Shown one piece after another: positions 9,901 through 18,724 of a stretch of DNA of 32,000 nucleotides (position 1 is its first letter; every line of letters begins with the position of its first letter). Both the position numbers and the translations under genes were made by a program. The notes below the pieces were generated by a model, which saw only the letters and a list, made by a program, of their open reading frames with translations, ran no database searches and had not been told where the DNA came from. Source of the stretch: Candidatus Nitrosopumilus koreensis AR1 (GTDB taxonomy: Archaea; Thermoproteota; Nitrososphaeria; Nitrososphaerales; Nitrosopumilaceae); contig NC_018655.1 of assembly GCF_000299365.1 (NCBI RefSeq), forward strand, positions 900,001 through 932,000. Reading direction: 5' to 3'.

Positions 9901-11292
9901 ATTATATGCATAATCAACATCGTTTCCAAATGTAAATTTGAGGTTGTGTTCACCCTTGGTCATTACAAGATTATTCAGAATACCCTGAGAGTCGCTAGAA
10001 TAATCTCGAAATATCAAAGAATTGCCAGATATTTCAGGGGTGAATGAATCAACACCTGCAGTTAGAGAAGTGAAACTTAGATCATCAGGAAGAGAGTTAC
10101 CAAATGTGGTTCCATTAAAACCTGTAACGGTCAAATCAGCAGTTCCCAAAGTGTCAAAGCGAACTGTCCAATAACCACCAACTGTAGGGTATGACTGAAC
10201 ATTAATTACGTTAATGTTTGCAACGATTGAAAATTGTTGTTCAGAAAGTTGTGGTACTGTCCAACACATCTGATCATTAATGCCATTTTCATCAGAATCC
10301 TCATAACTCAAATTAAACCTTGGATCATCAGTTACATCAACTTTTTCACCATCAATATTCCAGAACAATTGGAATTCTACACCCATCTCAACATATTCTT
10401 CAGGTAGATCAGAACAGGTCCTAACATCAGAATAGTGTAATCCAGAATCATGAGACACCTTCACATCTTTAGTGAATTCAGAATCAGAAACAGTTGTTTC
10501 TTCTTGAGTTTCTGCAACAGGGGTTTCAAAAATTATAGAATAGTCAGATGAAGAGTTCATAATTACAAGATGGTTAAAGTTGTGGCCTTCTTGAATTAAT
10601 TCGGGATTTTCAATAATAACCAAAGAATAAACACCATCAGGAGTCACAACAAATGTTGCATCACCATCAACTAAGATTTCAGATTGACCTTCAATAGGAG
10701 AGTAAATGTGAATTCCTGTAACATTGTATGTTAACACATCATCTTCAGTTACAAGAAGATGTGAATCAATTTGAGACGAGTCAAACAAAACGTTTTGTGA
10801 ATCGTTTATGGATATGTTTTTGATTTGTGCATCATCAGGTAATGATATTGCGACGCTCTCTTGAAGAGAGTCATATGATACGTTGAAATTCCAGACAACG
10901 TTTTCGCCAACTTCTATAGGTTCATGAGCGATTGTTGTTTCATATTCAGAGTATTCAGGGACTTCAGTTGCAGTAGCAGTAGAGTTTGTTATCTCTTCTG
11001 CAAATGTTTCTGGAGCAATAGAGAAATTTGCAAACCCTGTAAAAGTAGAACTAAGTAAAACCATGCAAAGAAATGCAGTTAAAACTTTTGAATTAATTTC
11101 TAATTGTATTTTGGTTTTAAGTTTGAGAATTACAAATAAAGACAAAATAAAGACAGATAATAAGAAGAACACAGGGTCAGTTTCAGAAAAAATATTTGCC
11201 AAATCACCATTAATTGAAATTCCAAACAAAGTAAGCACTACACCAAATACTAATAATGCCGCTACATGCGCCCCTAGACCCAATATTATCAT
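3991..11292 (-). CDS. Giant secreted/cell-surface protein (2433 aa) with tandem Ig-like repeats and C-terminal WVK modules
   Basis: Hydrophobic N-terminus (FLCMVLLSSTFTGFANFSIAPETFAEE), acidic Thr/Ser/Asp-rich body, about 8 repeats, C-terminal IPPWVKTYVQFWVKGEMSDDEF and IPKWVKDYARWWSTDKITDDDF. Confidence 0.88.
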   Translation of the reverse strand: MIILGLGAHVAALLVFGVVLTLFGISINGDLANIFSETDPVFFLLSVFILSLFVILKLKTKIQLEINSKVLTAFLCMVLLSSTFTGFANFSIAPETFAEEITNSTATATEVPEYSEYETTIAHEPIEVGENVVWNFNVSYDSLQESVAISLPDDAQIKNISINDSQNVLFDSSQIDSHLLVTEDDVLTYNVTGIHIYSPIEGQSEILVDGDATFVVTPDGVYSLVIIENPELIQEGHNFNHLVIMNSSSDYSIIFETPVAETQEETTVSDSEFTKDVKVSHDSGLHYSDVRTCSDLPEEYVEMGVEFQLFWNIDGEKVDVTDDPRFNLSYEDSDENGINDQMCWTVPQLSEQQFSIVANINVINVQSYPTVGGYWTVRFDTLGTADLTVTGFNGTTFGNSLPDDLSFTSLTAGVDSFTPEISGNSLIFRDYSSDSQGILNNLVMTKGEHNLKFTFGNDVDYAYNDASENEALDVPGLIDDRGVEITKCTTRTTIADFESDFNAPSSDNPHTLIASIQFTKGSSSKLTEAHVYLVDASNPNSHVDLASNQFPIFLNKANSHNNYDLFASVTSGSANAHYLVRACFDSAGNDATYAQAKLTGFENVSEVKFVDGAALTVAKDADDAVIASATTDFTVGNNLDNVVLASVQLYNDGTELLDLPAGSLRLVKDTAGTITDLDSNLLKFNFGRGANPDAQGNKKSAQNEGAKALHVLLMGEDKSAASASTYKVLLDNVAIDDSNGGPTDDDELGSSVQAEAKILVLQPSKVDYKKNSNAWSATSDKSGENKIGDAFSFESFGTGTGLVILAHANFDDTDSGSEKLDNLMLYEGTDIGTSSDTRIITQTSVPDDGDANTIDSFPLQSQGGASAGSNFAQTLLWKIHFLEEPAPEFQLAVDRANNAGGLIAHTKIMAFTTINEGREPGPEIVSFVGADPVTSDSGYSKDDTLTIKFNEPTNRPKAGDKKEIDNLLSFSDSIGKDYIGSWRSDTTLVITILDTTGNGVKFTPLGGSTNTDATTVTIKSSGKLRDQSQSSLISTDTSPRLVADFVNAAGPLITSITANDPDGGTDTGFSSGDTITVRFSEDTNRAGYTLTQTLNEDQVSGLFFFAQNSKEIAFKSATSGEDMYGKWINDKEFKITITNTGSANPLVGAMTMSMQTGSGLKNAAGTSAESTSISPPLSGTWGISLGPKIILLEASDPDGSTQSGDYGDGDVITAVFSENTNMKPVGKINTVLDKDDVDSLFTYNNDDGVDVTTATLGTNANAYSAVWTDAKTLVITIDNSTGGNPKLEQFTLTIKSSAGLKNKDETSLSSSSKSVLLSGTFGQPTGPELGIIEAADAKDTPVSGFNAGDTITVNFLEATNRPNAAKTADINSMFTFSQSIGDDYVGAWVNDKVFVITIRDAGSANPTIGTLTVTAKGDCTGCIPILNKDSTSKASTSTSLALIGNFGVKEGPLITSLIADDPDGVKSGESLGYNEGDTITVRFSEPTNLAGFKLDDSLDKDDVDSIFRMSQEIGDDYSGDWVTDRKFVVTIKDDSVDSPPEIGTLRFIVKESANLKDDGKTSSASDSVSPTLTGTFGEKEGPVIISLVAADPLHLTTSGYGNKDTITVQFSETTNRADFSDAELPKSDVDSIFKFSHSLGDDYTGKWITPSKFEITIKDSSNSAPPAVGTFSLSVKLSAGLQDESESSLISTATSPLLSGTFGAAPSPSIFSVQVADPDAGVQVGNYGNGDEFTILFDIATNGTNNDGGNVTKSYLDSLFDYQNYDGSVSSASLGNDYVGTWVTPFELKITILDSTGGDPTIGEFRLNVKDSQIKLTNAQETSEPLSGVSPLLSGSFTKKAGPSIISVIADDPDNSDDSYSVGDTITVEFSDPTNTPLYDETAAAKDSRLDGLGADTEPTFAEQLEIIDNEERTLTKSEVDSLFQFTQELGDDYRGFWDDGSTFVITILDDDVDVPPEVGSLQVIARESGNIVSDDSLASTSISPPLEGSFGTFQNILSMSEGGKGYTKLPAGMSASIQLPEDNSGTMTFTRVGADGETLPGKGVVSAVIGVSVDIEPSDGANCANGCPVSFEFTTADATAMGLSPNEVVILHDLNGDGDFGDEYFDANNNIRWNETITPTITFLGDDRWRAEGTTNSNSKFALGTVNFVSVGDSYSSINTVNDSTFISLGNSDNGLGGTLRTIDLSDNIEPLVFKTDETLVFRVGVYERQGINHIQHAGLYFNSVGGDLRTKDYDTSIVFDKYSEEIIKTTDPNGLLKHSEFKLLEKEDPTLLILQFAMTFDKSMDTSDLYFELWNEDRNPTYKTFNEILTIKPLDKPVSIEKPEEYIVVTSDDGEFGGMLPVDDSIPPWVKTYVQFWVKGEMSDDEFIDGIEYLITDELAALPANYVDSQRPDEIPKWVKDYARWWSTDKITDDDFIKAMTHLFRIGVINN
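5305..8540 (-). repeat. About 8 tandem Ig-like domain repeats (about 110-155 aa each) within the giant surface protein
   Basis: Recurrent GPxIxSxxAxDPD...GYxxGDTITVxFSExTNxxG...VDSxFxFSxxxGDDYxGxW...FxITIxDxxxxxPxxGTxxxxxKxSxxLxxxxxxSxxSxxxSPxLSGTFG. Confidence 0.87.
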
Positions 11293-11388
11293 AATATATT
11301 ACCCAACGTGGTATTTATCCTCTCCACATTGTCTCATGAAAAAATTACAGTTTTCGAGCACAGATCAATTAATTCCCAAAAATGGGAA

Positions 11389-12312
11389 TTATGAAATAAT
11401 TATACCGTTGCCTAAAATTCGAATTGTCGTAGATTCAGGTTTTAAAATTACAACTTGTTGTTTTTGTTTACATACAATTGGTTTTTCAAATGTTAATTGT
11501 AATGGAGACAGAGACGTAAACTTTGCAGCTTTGATTTGTAACCCAATACAAACAAGACACCCTTGGTTTTCAGTTATTTCATTTTTGTAAAAAGGATTTT
11601 TTTGAAAATCAATCTCTATTTTGTTTTTTACCTCAACTGTATCCTCTTCGGAAATGACATCACCACGTCCAACCTCATCAGGTTTTACACCTTTGACTGC
11701 GAGTCCAACTCTAGCAGGATAAACTGATTCTTCAACAGGATCATCATGCATTTGAATTGATTTTATCAACACATCAGTTCCTAAAGGATATAGTTTTAGA
11801 TTATCGTACTGTTTAATTTTTCCACTTGTCACTTTACCTAAAATTACGGTTCCAACTCCCTTTACATCAAAGCAATGGTCTATAACCATTTCAGAGGGGC
11901 CTTCATTTGAAATAGGTTCTAGTTTATCCATTTCTTCTTTAATTTTATCTTGATCAACTCTTCGATATTTTTCAACTACGGTTCCTTTAATCATGGCATT
12001 TAGTTTAAACTCATCTACATCAAATGTGTGGGATAGAATTCCTTTTTCTTTTTTTAAAGAGTCAAGTGCAATGATTTGTTCTCCAGTAAATTTGTCTAAC
12101 ACGTCAACATGAAATATTACATATTCTGCTAGATTAATTGCTTGAAATAACGGTTGTATTTTGTCTGGAAATCCATTTGGAATAACCCATGTTTTAATTA
12201 TATCAGATTCTTTTCGGTCATAAAGTGTAAGATCAGTTTCAGTTCCCTTTTTGCCAAACTCAGATGCAATGTCTTGTTTTCCCAAGACGACAAAGTTAAT
12301 GGATTTTACCAT
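11389..12312 (-). CDS. SelB/EF1A-like translation-factor-related protein with degenerate G domain
   Basis: VIDHCFDVKGVGTVILGKVTSGKIKQYDNLKLYPLG...VLIKSIQMHDDPVEESVYPARVGLAVKGVKPDEVGRGDVI is EF-Tu domain-II-like; N-terminus lacks a GxxxxGK[ST] P-loop. Confidence 0.78.
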   Translation of the reverse strand: MVKSINFVVLGKQDIASEFGKKGTETDLTLYDRKESDIIKTWVIPNGFPDKIQPLFQAINLAEYVIFHVDVLDKFTGEQIIALDSLKKEKGILSHTFDVDEFKLNAMIKGTVVEKYRRVDQDKIKEEMDKLEPISNEGPSEMVIDHCFDVKGVGTVILGKVTSGKIKQYDNLKLYPLGTDVLIKSIQMHDDPVEESVYPARVGLAVKGVKPDEVGRGDVISEEDTVEVKNKIEIDFQKNPFYKNEITENQGCLVCIGLQIKAAKFTSLSPLQLTFEKPIVCKQKQQVVILKPESTTIRILGNGIIIS

Positions 12313-12357
12313 ACTAAAATTTCAAAACTAGATACTAAAAACCATACGAAAAGAAAA

Positions 12358-13110
12358 TCATGGAAAGGTATTCAGTGTTGCAACATAACTTGCAAACCTA
12401 TGGTTTTTTGGTTTGACTAATTTCTGATGATACTTACTTACAGGTTTTCCAATTGCCCCATCCAATCCAAGTGGCCCTAAAACATGTTTTTCTTTATTTG
12501 CCCACATCAAAACTTCATCAGTTGGCGCATAGTAATTTATGATTTTTTTATTAACAATATTTTGAAGTAGTTTACCATATTTCTTTGAAGATGGTACATC
12601 ATCTTTAATTGAAGCTCCAAAAAAATATACACTTTCTACAACACCAAAATTTTGTTTCTTTTTTGCAAGATATTCAACAGTACTCAGAATAACTTGAGAG
12701 CCTAATGAATGTCCCATTAGTCTAATCTTTGTTTTTGGACTTGATTCTTTAAAGTCTTCAATAAACTGTCCTAGGTTATGCCCGTTCTTTTTTGCAATAT
12801 TTTGCCCTACAGAAAGTGCATGTTTTGCATATTTGATTAAATGTGCACCTGTAGTGTTAGAATCATAGCTAAACCCAATAACAGGAAAAAAATAACCTAG
12901 TCGACGCAATCTGTTGCGTGCTAGAAGAACTTTTGCAACAGCACCAGTACTGTCATTTCTCAAGCCATGAATCATTATAGTAAATTCTTTTAAGCCAATT
13001 AATTTTTGAAAATCTTTTTTTGGGTAAAGATAATAGTCGTTTTTCTTTAATGTTTTTCCAGTTTTAAGATCATAGTATCCCCTAGTTGAAATTCTTGGAA
13101 TAGGTTTCAT
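12358..13110 (-). CDS. Alpha/beta hydrolase (lipase-like)
   Basis: TIMIHGLRND oxyanion region and RLMGHSLGSQV nucleophile elbow (GHSLG), late D and H residues. Confidence 0.72.
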   Translation of the reverse strand: MKPIPRISTRGYYDLKTGKTLKKNDYYLYPKKDFQKLIGLKEFTIMIHGLRNDSTGAVAKVLLARNRLRRLGYFFPVIGFSYDSNTTGAHLIKYAKHALSVGQNIAKKNGHNLGQFIEDFKESSPKTKIRLMGHSLGSQVILSTVEYLAKKKQNFGVVESVYFFGASIKDDVPSSKKYGKLLQNIVNKKIINYYAPTDEVLMWANKEKHVLGPLGLDGAIGKPVSKYHQKLVKPKNHRFASYVATLNTFP

Positions 13111-13111
13111 A

Positions 13112-14767
13112 TTATACTGAAGGTCCTAATTGTTTTTTGTATTTTTCAATATCAGACTCTTCAACTCTTGCAAACAATGGAGATGAATCGCCAAGGACAT
13201 GATTTGAAGAAACGCCTAAAACAGACATATCATTCCAACTTTGTGCATTCACTTTACCATCCAATGCAAGCTGAGTCCAGATGTTTTGAGCAGAATCAGG
13301 AATAAACGAAAATGTGGCTATTGCCAAGCTCCTAACAGCATTGACTGAGAGATAGACACAATTTGCAGTGCCCGGACCTTTTTTCCAAGGCTCTTTGTGT
13401 TGAAAATATTGGTTAAAGTATGACGAGAACTCCATAATTTTCTTTAGTGCCCTATCAAGATGATTTTGCTCCATTAATGCACCAACTTCTGATGCAAGAT
13501 TCTTGATTTTTTGTTCTGCTTCAGAATCTTTCTCATCAAAGTTTTCAGGTTCAGGGATTTTTCCATCAAATGCCTTTTTTGTAAATCCTAATGCACGATT
13601 TACAAAGTTTCCAAGATTTCCAATTAGTTCAGAGTTGATTCGTGTTGTAAAGTCATCCCAATCAAAATTCAAGTCATCTTGAGAATAAGGATTAATCGAT
13701 ACAAGATAAAATCGAAGATAATCAGCAGGGTAATATTCTAAAAATTGTTTTAATCCAATATACCAATTTCTACTCTTTGAGATTTTTTTTGCTTGCAGTG
13801 TAAGATGCCCCCTAGTTGGAATATAGTCAGGGAGTTTGTATTCACTATCAATTCCCAATCTCATTGCAGGTAAGAAAAGATAATGATGGTACACAATGTC
13901 TTTTCCAATAAAATGATAAATGTCAGCAGAATTCCAAAACTCTTTTCCATCAATGCCTTTATCATTTAGAAATTTTAGTGCAGTTGAGATATATGCCAAA
14001 TGATTATCAAACCAACCATAAAACACCTTATCCTTTGCATCATCAAGTGGGACAGGAACCCCCCAAGTAATATCTCGAGTAATATCCCAATCAATCAATC
14101 CAGATTTTATCCAGTTTTGAACATATTTTTTGACATCTTTTTGAAGATGTTCATTTTCATCTAACCACTTAGAAAGAGAATCTCCAAAATTTTTGAGTTT
14201 GAAAAAATAGTGCGTTGTTTTTTCTTTTGTGGGAGGTTGATTACATAAAGAACATTTTGGGTTTGTAATTTCTTCAGGCACACGGCCACAACTCTCACAA
14301 AGATCAGAGTATTGGTCTTCAGCTTTACAGTAAGGACATATTCCTTTAACATATCTGTCAGGCAAGAATTTTTTATCATTGTTGCAATAGAACTGTATGA
14401 TCTCTTTCTCATAGATGTGTCCTGCAGCATTTAATTTTTTAAACACATCTTGAACAAATTTGATATTTTCAGGAGAGCTGGTCTTGTAGAAATAATCAAA
14501 CCCAATGTTAAATGCACTAAAGTCTTCAAAATCACGCTTATTCCAATGTTCAACATATTCTGCAGGAGTTTTTCCTTCTTTTTCAGATTGAATTAGAATA
14601 GGAGTTCCAAAATCATCAGATGCACATACATAATACGCCTCAACCCCATTTTGTTTTAGAAATCTGGTTGTAACATCTGCAGGCAAATATGTAGATGCAA
14701 CATGCCCTAGGTGAATTTCCCCATTTGCATAAGGTAATGCACTAGTAATGATAGCTCTTTTGTTCAT
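13112..14767 (-). CDS. metG: Methionyl-tRNA synthetase
   Basis: ITSALPYANGEIHLGHVASTYLPADV, zinc-knuckle CPYCKAEDQYSDLCESCGR, GYLTLQAKKISKSRN (KMSKS-like). Confidence 0.96.
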   Translation of the reverse strand: MNKRAIITSALPYANGEIHLGHVASTYLPADVTTRFLKQNGVEAYYVCASDDFGTPILIQSEKEGKTPAEYVEHWNKRDFEDFSAFNIGFDYFYKTSSPENIKFVQDVFKKLNAAGHIYEKEIIQFYCNNDKKFLPDRYVKGICPYCKAEDQYSDLCESCGRVPEEITNPKCSLCNQPPTKEKTTHYFFKLKNFGDSLSKWLDENEHLQKDVKKYVQNWIKSGLIDWDITRDITWGVPVPLDDAKDKVFYGWFDNHLAYISTALKFLNDKGIDGKEFWNSADIYHFIGKDIVYHHYLFLPAMRLGIDSEYKLPDYIPTRGHLTLQAKKISKSRNWYIGLKQFLEYYPADYLRFYLVSINPYSQDDLNFDWDDFTTRINSELIGNLGNFVNRALGFTKKAFDGKIPEPENFDEKDSEAEQKIKNLASEVGALMEQNHLDRALKKIMEFSSYFNQYFQHKEPWKKGPGTANCVYLSVNAVRSLAIATFSFIPDSAQNIWTQLALDGKVNAQSWNDMSVLGVSSNHVLGDSSPLFARVEESDIEKYKKQLGPSV

Positions 14768-14804
14768 CAGATATTCTCAAAAGCAGTGTTGGGGTTAAGA
14801 AGTT

Positions 14805-16046
14805 TTACCAGCTGTTTGCATATTTTACTTGTTCAGGTGTAAGTTTATCGATTTTTACATCCATGGCCTTTAGGGCATCAACTGCAACTTGAGTATCAAT
14901 CTCTTGGGGCACATTGATAATTTTTTTTTCCATTTTTTTGTGATTTTTGAGAATATACATCACAGATAAAATCTGGTTTGAGAATGATTGCGCCATTACT
15001 TCTGGAGGATGTCCTTCAGCTGCAACCAAGTTTGCAAGACGTCCCTGTCCAATCAAATAGACTTTCTTTCCATTTTTCAAAACACATTCATCAAGAGAAG
15101 GTCTGACTTCTTTGACAGACTTTGATTTCTTTAACAAAAATTCACTGTCAATTTCTACATCAAAGTGTCCAACATTTCCCATGATGGCACCATCTTTCAT
15201 TTTTAGAATGTGTTCTTTTCTAATTACGCTAGTCATTCCAGTACATGTGATAAAGATGTCGCCTAGTTTGGCAGCTTGTGCCATAGGCATTACTTCAAAT
15301 CCATCCATATGAGCCTCAAGAGCTTTGATAGGATCAATTTCAGTTACAATTACTTTGGAGCCCATTCCGTGACATCGAGATGCAACACCACGTCCAACCC
15401 AACCATAACCTACAACCACAACACGTTTTGATGCCATAAGCAAATTCATGGCACGAAGATATCCATCAATTGTGCTTTGTCCAGTACCATATCTATTATC
15501 AAACATGTGTTTTGTGTATGCTTCATTTACCAGAATAACAGGATAACGTAATTTTCCTTGATTTTCTACTGCACGAATTCTAGTAACACCTGCAGTAGTT
15601 TCTTCAGTGGCGCCTAGAATATTCATATTCTTAAATCGCTTGTCAAAGTGAGCTTTGATGTTCATATCAGCACCATCATCTGTGAGAATTGTGGGTTTGT
15701 GTTTTAAGACTTGGTCAATACACCAATCATAATCTTTGACAGATTGTCCATTCCATGCATACACATGAATTCCTTGTGATGCTAAAAATGCTGCAATATT
15801 GTCTTGAGTGGTAAGTGGATTTCCACCACAGCATGCAACGTTTGCACCAAGTTCTTTTGCACCAATTAACAATACTGAAGTTTCCTTTGTGATGTGAAGG
15901 CAAAATCCAAGTGTGATGCCTTTGAGTGGTTTTGATTTTTTAAATCTGTTAATAGTATTATCTAAAATTTGCATGTGAGATCTTGCCCATTCATAGGATA
16001 GTTTTCCTTCTTTGATCAGTTTTGGGCTAGACTTTACTTTGCTCAT
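14805..16046 (-). CDS. ahcY: Adenosylhomocysteinase
   Basis: VVGYGWVGRGVASRCHGMGSKVIVTEIDPIKALEAHMDGFEV, GQGRLANLVAAEGHPPEVMAQSF. Confidence 0.96.
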   Translation of the reverse strand: MSKVKSSPKLIKEGKLSYEWARSHMQILDNTINRFKKSKPLKGITLGFCLHITKETSVLLIGAKELGANVACCGGNPLTTQDNIAAFLASQGIHVYAWNGQSVKDYDWCIDQVLKHKPTILTDDGADMNIKAHFDKRFKNMNILGATEETTAGVTRIRAVENQGKLRYPVILVNEAYTKHMFDNRYGTGQSTIDGYLRAMNLLMASKRVVVVGYGWVGRGVASRCHGMGSKVIVTEIDPIKALEAHMDGFEVMPMAQAAKLGDIFITCTGMTSVIRKEHILKMKDGAIMGNVGHFDVEIDSEFLLKKSKSVKEVRPSLDECVLKNGKKVYLIGQGRLANLVAAEGHPPEVMAQSFSNQILSVMYILKNHKKMEKKIINVPQEIDTQVAVDALKAMDVKIDKLTPEQVKYANSW

Positions 16047-16120
16047 AGAATAAACCTCTAATGACGATATAAAACCCTATCATGCGAATGTAAATAAATG
16101 ACAAAATTATCACTGAATCA

Positions 16121-16423
16121 TTGACTTGGAAGAAGATTGCAGAAAAGGGAGACATTGATTCAGGCAAGGGTAAAGCATTCAAAATTGACGGGAAACAGAT
16201 TGCAATTTTTAATCAAGATGGATATCATGCAATGGATGACCTATGTGTTCATCAAGACGGATCTATTGCACCAGGAAAACTTGATGGAGACATTGTAGAG
16301 TGCCCACTTCATTTCTGGCACTACAACATCAAAACAGGAGAATTGACAGACTATCTCAAAGATGTGAAATTAGAAACTTATCCTGTAGAAGCAAGAGATG
16401 ATGGCATCTACGTAGACATTTAG
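16121..16423 (+). CDS. Rieske-type 2Fe-2S ferredoxin
   Basis: CVHQDGSIAPGKLDGDIVECPLHFWHYN (CxH...CxxH); TTG start. Confidence 0.92.
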   Translation: MTWKKIAEKGDIDSGKGKAFKIDGKQIAIFNQDGYHAMDDLCVHQDGSIAPGKLDGDIVECPLHFWHYNIKTGELTDYLKDVKLETYPVEARDDGIYVDI

Positions 16424-16469
16424 AAATTTTTAGGCACAATTTTTATTCTCAGTTTTTACAAACGAAATA

Positions 16470-17261
16470 TTGAATCAAGAAATTATCGATGAGATAAAAA
16501 ATCAAGATTATGCTTCCATTACCAGTACAATTGAGAATTTTCTAGAAGAACAAATAAAGAAAAACAATGCAGAGGGGCTTATACTGGGATTAAGTGGAGG
16601 AATAGATTCTGCAGTTTTGACATACATTTGCAAAAGAAACCTCAAAGACAAAACACTAGCATTAGTCATGCCAGATACATCAATCACACCAAAAACAGAG
16701 ACAGAGGATGCATTAAAGATGATTTCACTGACAGGAATACAGTACAAACTAATTGACATCAATCCAATAGTCAAAGAATATTCAATGTACTTGGAGCCAA
16801 ACGAAAGAGCAAAGGGAAATCTACGTGCAAGAATTAGAACAAATATTTTGTATTATTATGCAAATGTCAAAAACTACCTTGTATTAGGTTCAAGTGATAA
16901 AAGCGAGTATTTGATTGGATATTTTACAAAATTTGGTGATGGAGCATCAGACATTACACCAATCATATCATTATACAAACTGCAAGTCAGAGAGATTGCA
17001 AAATATCTAGGAGTCCCAGAAAACGTAATTGCAAAAAAGAGCAGCCCTCATTTATGGAAAGAGCATGGAGCTGAAAGTGAATTAGGAGTATCATACGAAG
17101 ATGTTGACTCTGTGCTTTATTGTTTATTTGACAAAAAATTGTCCATCAATGAAACTCAAAAACTCACCAATATTGAGAGTTCTACAATAGGAAAAATTCA
17201 GGAACTGCACAAAAACAGTGAACATAAAAGATTGCCTACTCCAAAACCATATGGCGAGTAG
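16470..17261 (+). CDS. nadE: NH3-dependent NAD+ synthetase
   Basis: LILGLSGGIDSAVLTYICKR, LVLGSSDKSEYLIGYFTKFGDGASDITPI; TTG start. Confidence 0.95.
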   Translation: MNQEIIDEIKNQDYASITSTIENFLEEQIKKNNAEGLILGLSGGIDSAVLTYICKRNLKDKTLALVMPDTSITPKTETEDALKMISLTGIQYKLIDINPIVKEYSMYLEPNERAKGNLRARIRTNILYYYANVKNYLVLGSSDKSEYLIGYFTKFGDGASDITPIISLYKLQVREIAKYLGVPENVIAKKSSPHLWKEHGAESELGVSYEDVDSVLYCLFDKKLSINETQKLTNIESSTIGKIQELHKNSEHKRLPTPKPYGE

Positions 17262-17263
17262 AG

Positions 17264-18724
17264 ATGAAGATACAAGACACGTTATCAAATACAGAACAAG
17301 AACTAGACATTTCAAAAAAGGTCAAAATCTATCTGTGTGGCATAACAGTTTATGATGAATCACACATAGGCCATGCAAGAACAATCATAGTTTTTGATGT
17401 TCTTAGGAAATACCTAGAAGACAAAGGGATAGAGATTGAATTTATACAAAATTTTACAGATGTGGATGACAAAATAATCAATCGAGCCCAAGTAGAAAAC
17501 ACAACTGCAGAGGCAATAAGTACAAAATACATTGAGAATTATTTCAAAGATTTTGATGGATTAAACGTAAAACATGCAACAAACTATCCAAAGGCAACAG
17601 AACACATTGATGACATTATCAAGTTTATTGAAAAATTAATTGAAAAACAAATTGCATACGTTTCAAAGAACGGAGTATACTTTTCAGTATCAAAGTTTCC
17701 AGAATACGGGAAATTGTCAAAAAAGAAGATTGATGAACTAGAATCAGGTGCAAGAATCGAGGTTGATGAAGCAAAAAACAACCCATTAGATTTTGCAGTA
17801 TGGAAATTCTCAAATACCAAACCAGTTTGGGATAGTCCCTGGGGGAAAGGTAGGCCTGGATGGCATATTGAATGCTCTGCAATGAGTGTAAAGTATCTTG
17901 GAGAAAATTTTGACATTCATGGAGGAGGAAGAGACCTGATATTCCCTCACCATGAAAACGAGATTGCACAATCTGAATCATGTACAGGTTCACAATTTGC
18001 AAAAATTTGGATGCATGTAGGAATGGTCACAATAGATGGAGACAAGATGTCAAAATCCATAGGAAACATAAAGTCAATTAAACATGTTTTAGAGAATTGG
18101 GGACCAAACATCATCAGATTGTTTTGTTTATCAGGACATTACTCAAAACCAATTGATTACTCTGAAGAATTACTAAAAGAAAATCTCATCAAATGGAGAC
18201 AAGCTGAAACATGTTATTATGAATTGATTCATGCAAACAGTAAGAATAGTGAAAAGATAGATTCAACAATTAAGAAACTAGGCTTAGAATTTGACAAGGC
18301 ATTAGAAGATGATTTTAACACTCACCTAGCATTATCGGCATTTTTCCAACTAGTCAAAGAGACAAACAGATTGGCAGCTGAAGAAAAACTAGGAAAGGAA
18401 GATGCACGAAAAATCAAACCAGAGTTTCAAAGAATGCTGAAAATTCTTGGATTAAACATACCAGAGATAACTGAAGAAACAAAACAAGAAATTGACAACA
18501 TGATTGAAGATAGAGAAAAATTCAGACAAGAAAAGCAATTTCAAAAAGCAGATCAAATTAGAGACAGGCTAAATGAGATGGATGTTGAGTTAATTGATCA
18601 TAAAGGAAAAACAATCTGGATGAAAAAGAAAACATCAAATCTGAAAACAAAAAAGAGAAGAATTAAGGATCAACCATTGCTAATTTATCCTCAATTCGAT
18701 CATAGTATCCGTTTTGGTCCATAG
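17264..18724 (+). CDS. cysS: Cysteinyl-tRNA synthetase
   Basis: VKIYLCGITVYDESHIGHARTIIVFDVLRKYL, GGGRDLIFPHHENEIAQSES, GDKMSKSIGN. C-terminal tail after KTIWMKKK is atypical. Confidence 0.95.
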   Translation: MKIQDTLSNTEQELDISKKVKIYLCGITVYDESHIGHARTIIVFDVLRKYLEDKGIEIEFIQNFTDVDDKIINRAQVENTTAEAISTKYIENYFKDFDGLNVKHATNYPKATEHIDDIIKFIEKLIEKQIAYVSKNGVYFSVSKFPEYGKLSKKKIDELESGARIEVDEAKNNPLDFAVWKFSNTKPVWDSPWGKGRPGWHIECSAMSVKYLGENFDIHGGGRDLIFPHHENEIAQSESCTGSQFAKIWMHVGMVTIDGDKMSKSIGNIKSIKHVLENWGPNIIRLFCLSGHYSKPIDYSEELLKENLIKWRQAETCYYELIHANSKNSEKIDSTIKKLGLEFDKALEDDFNTHLALSAFFQLVKETNRLAAEEKLGKEDARKIKPEFQRMLKILGLNIPEITEETKQEIDNMIEDREKFRQEKQFQKADQIRDRLNEMDVELIDHKGKTIWMKKKTSNLKTKKRRIKDQPLLIYPQFDHSIRFGP

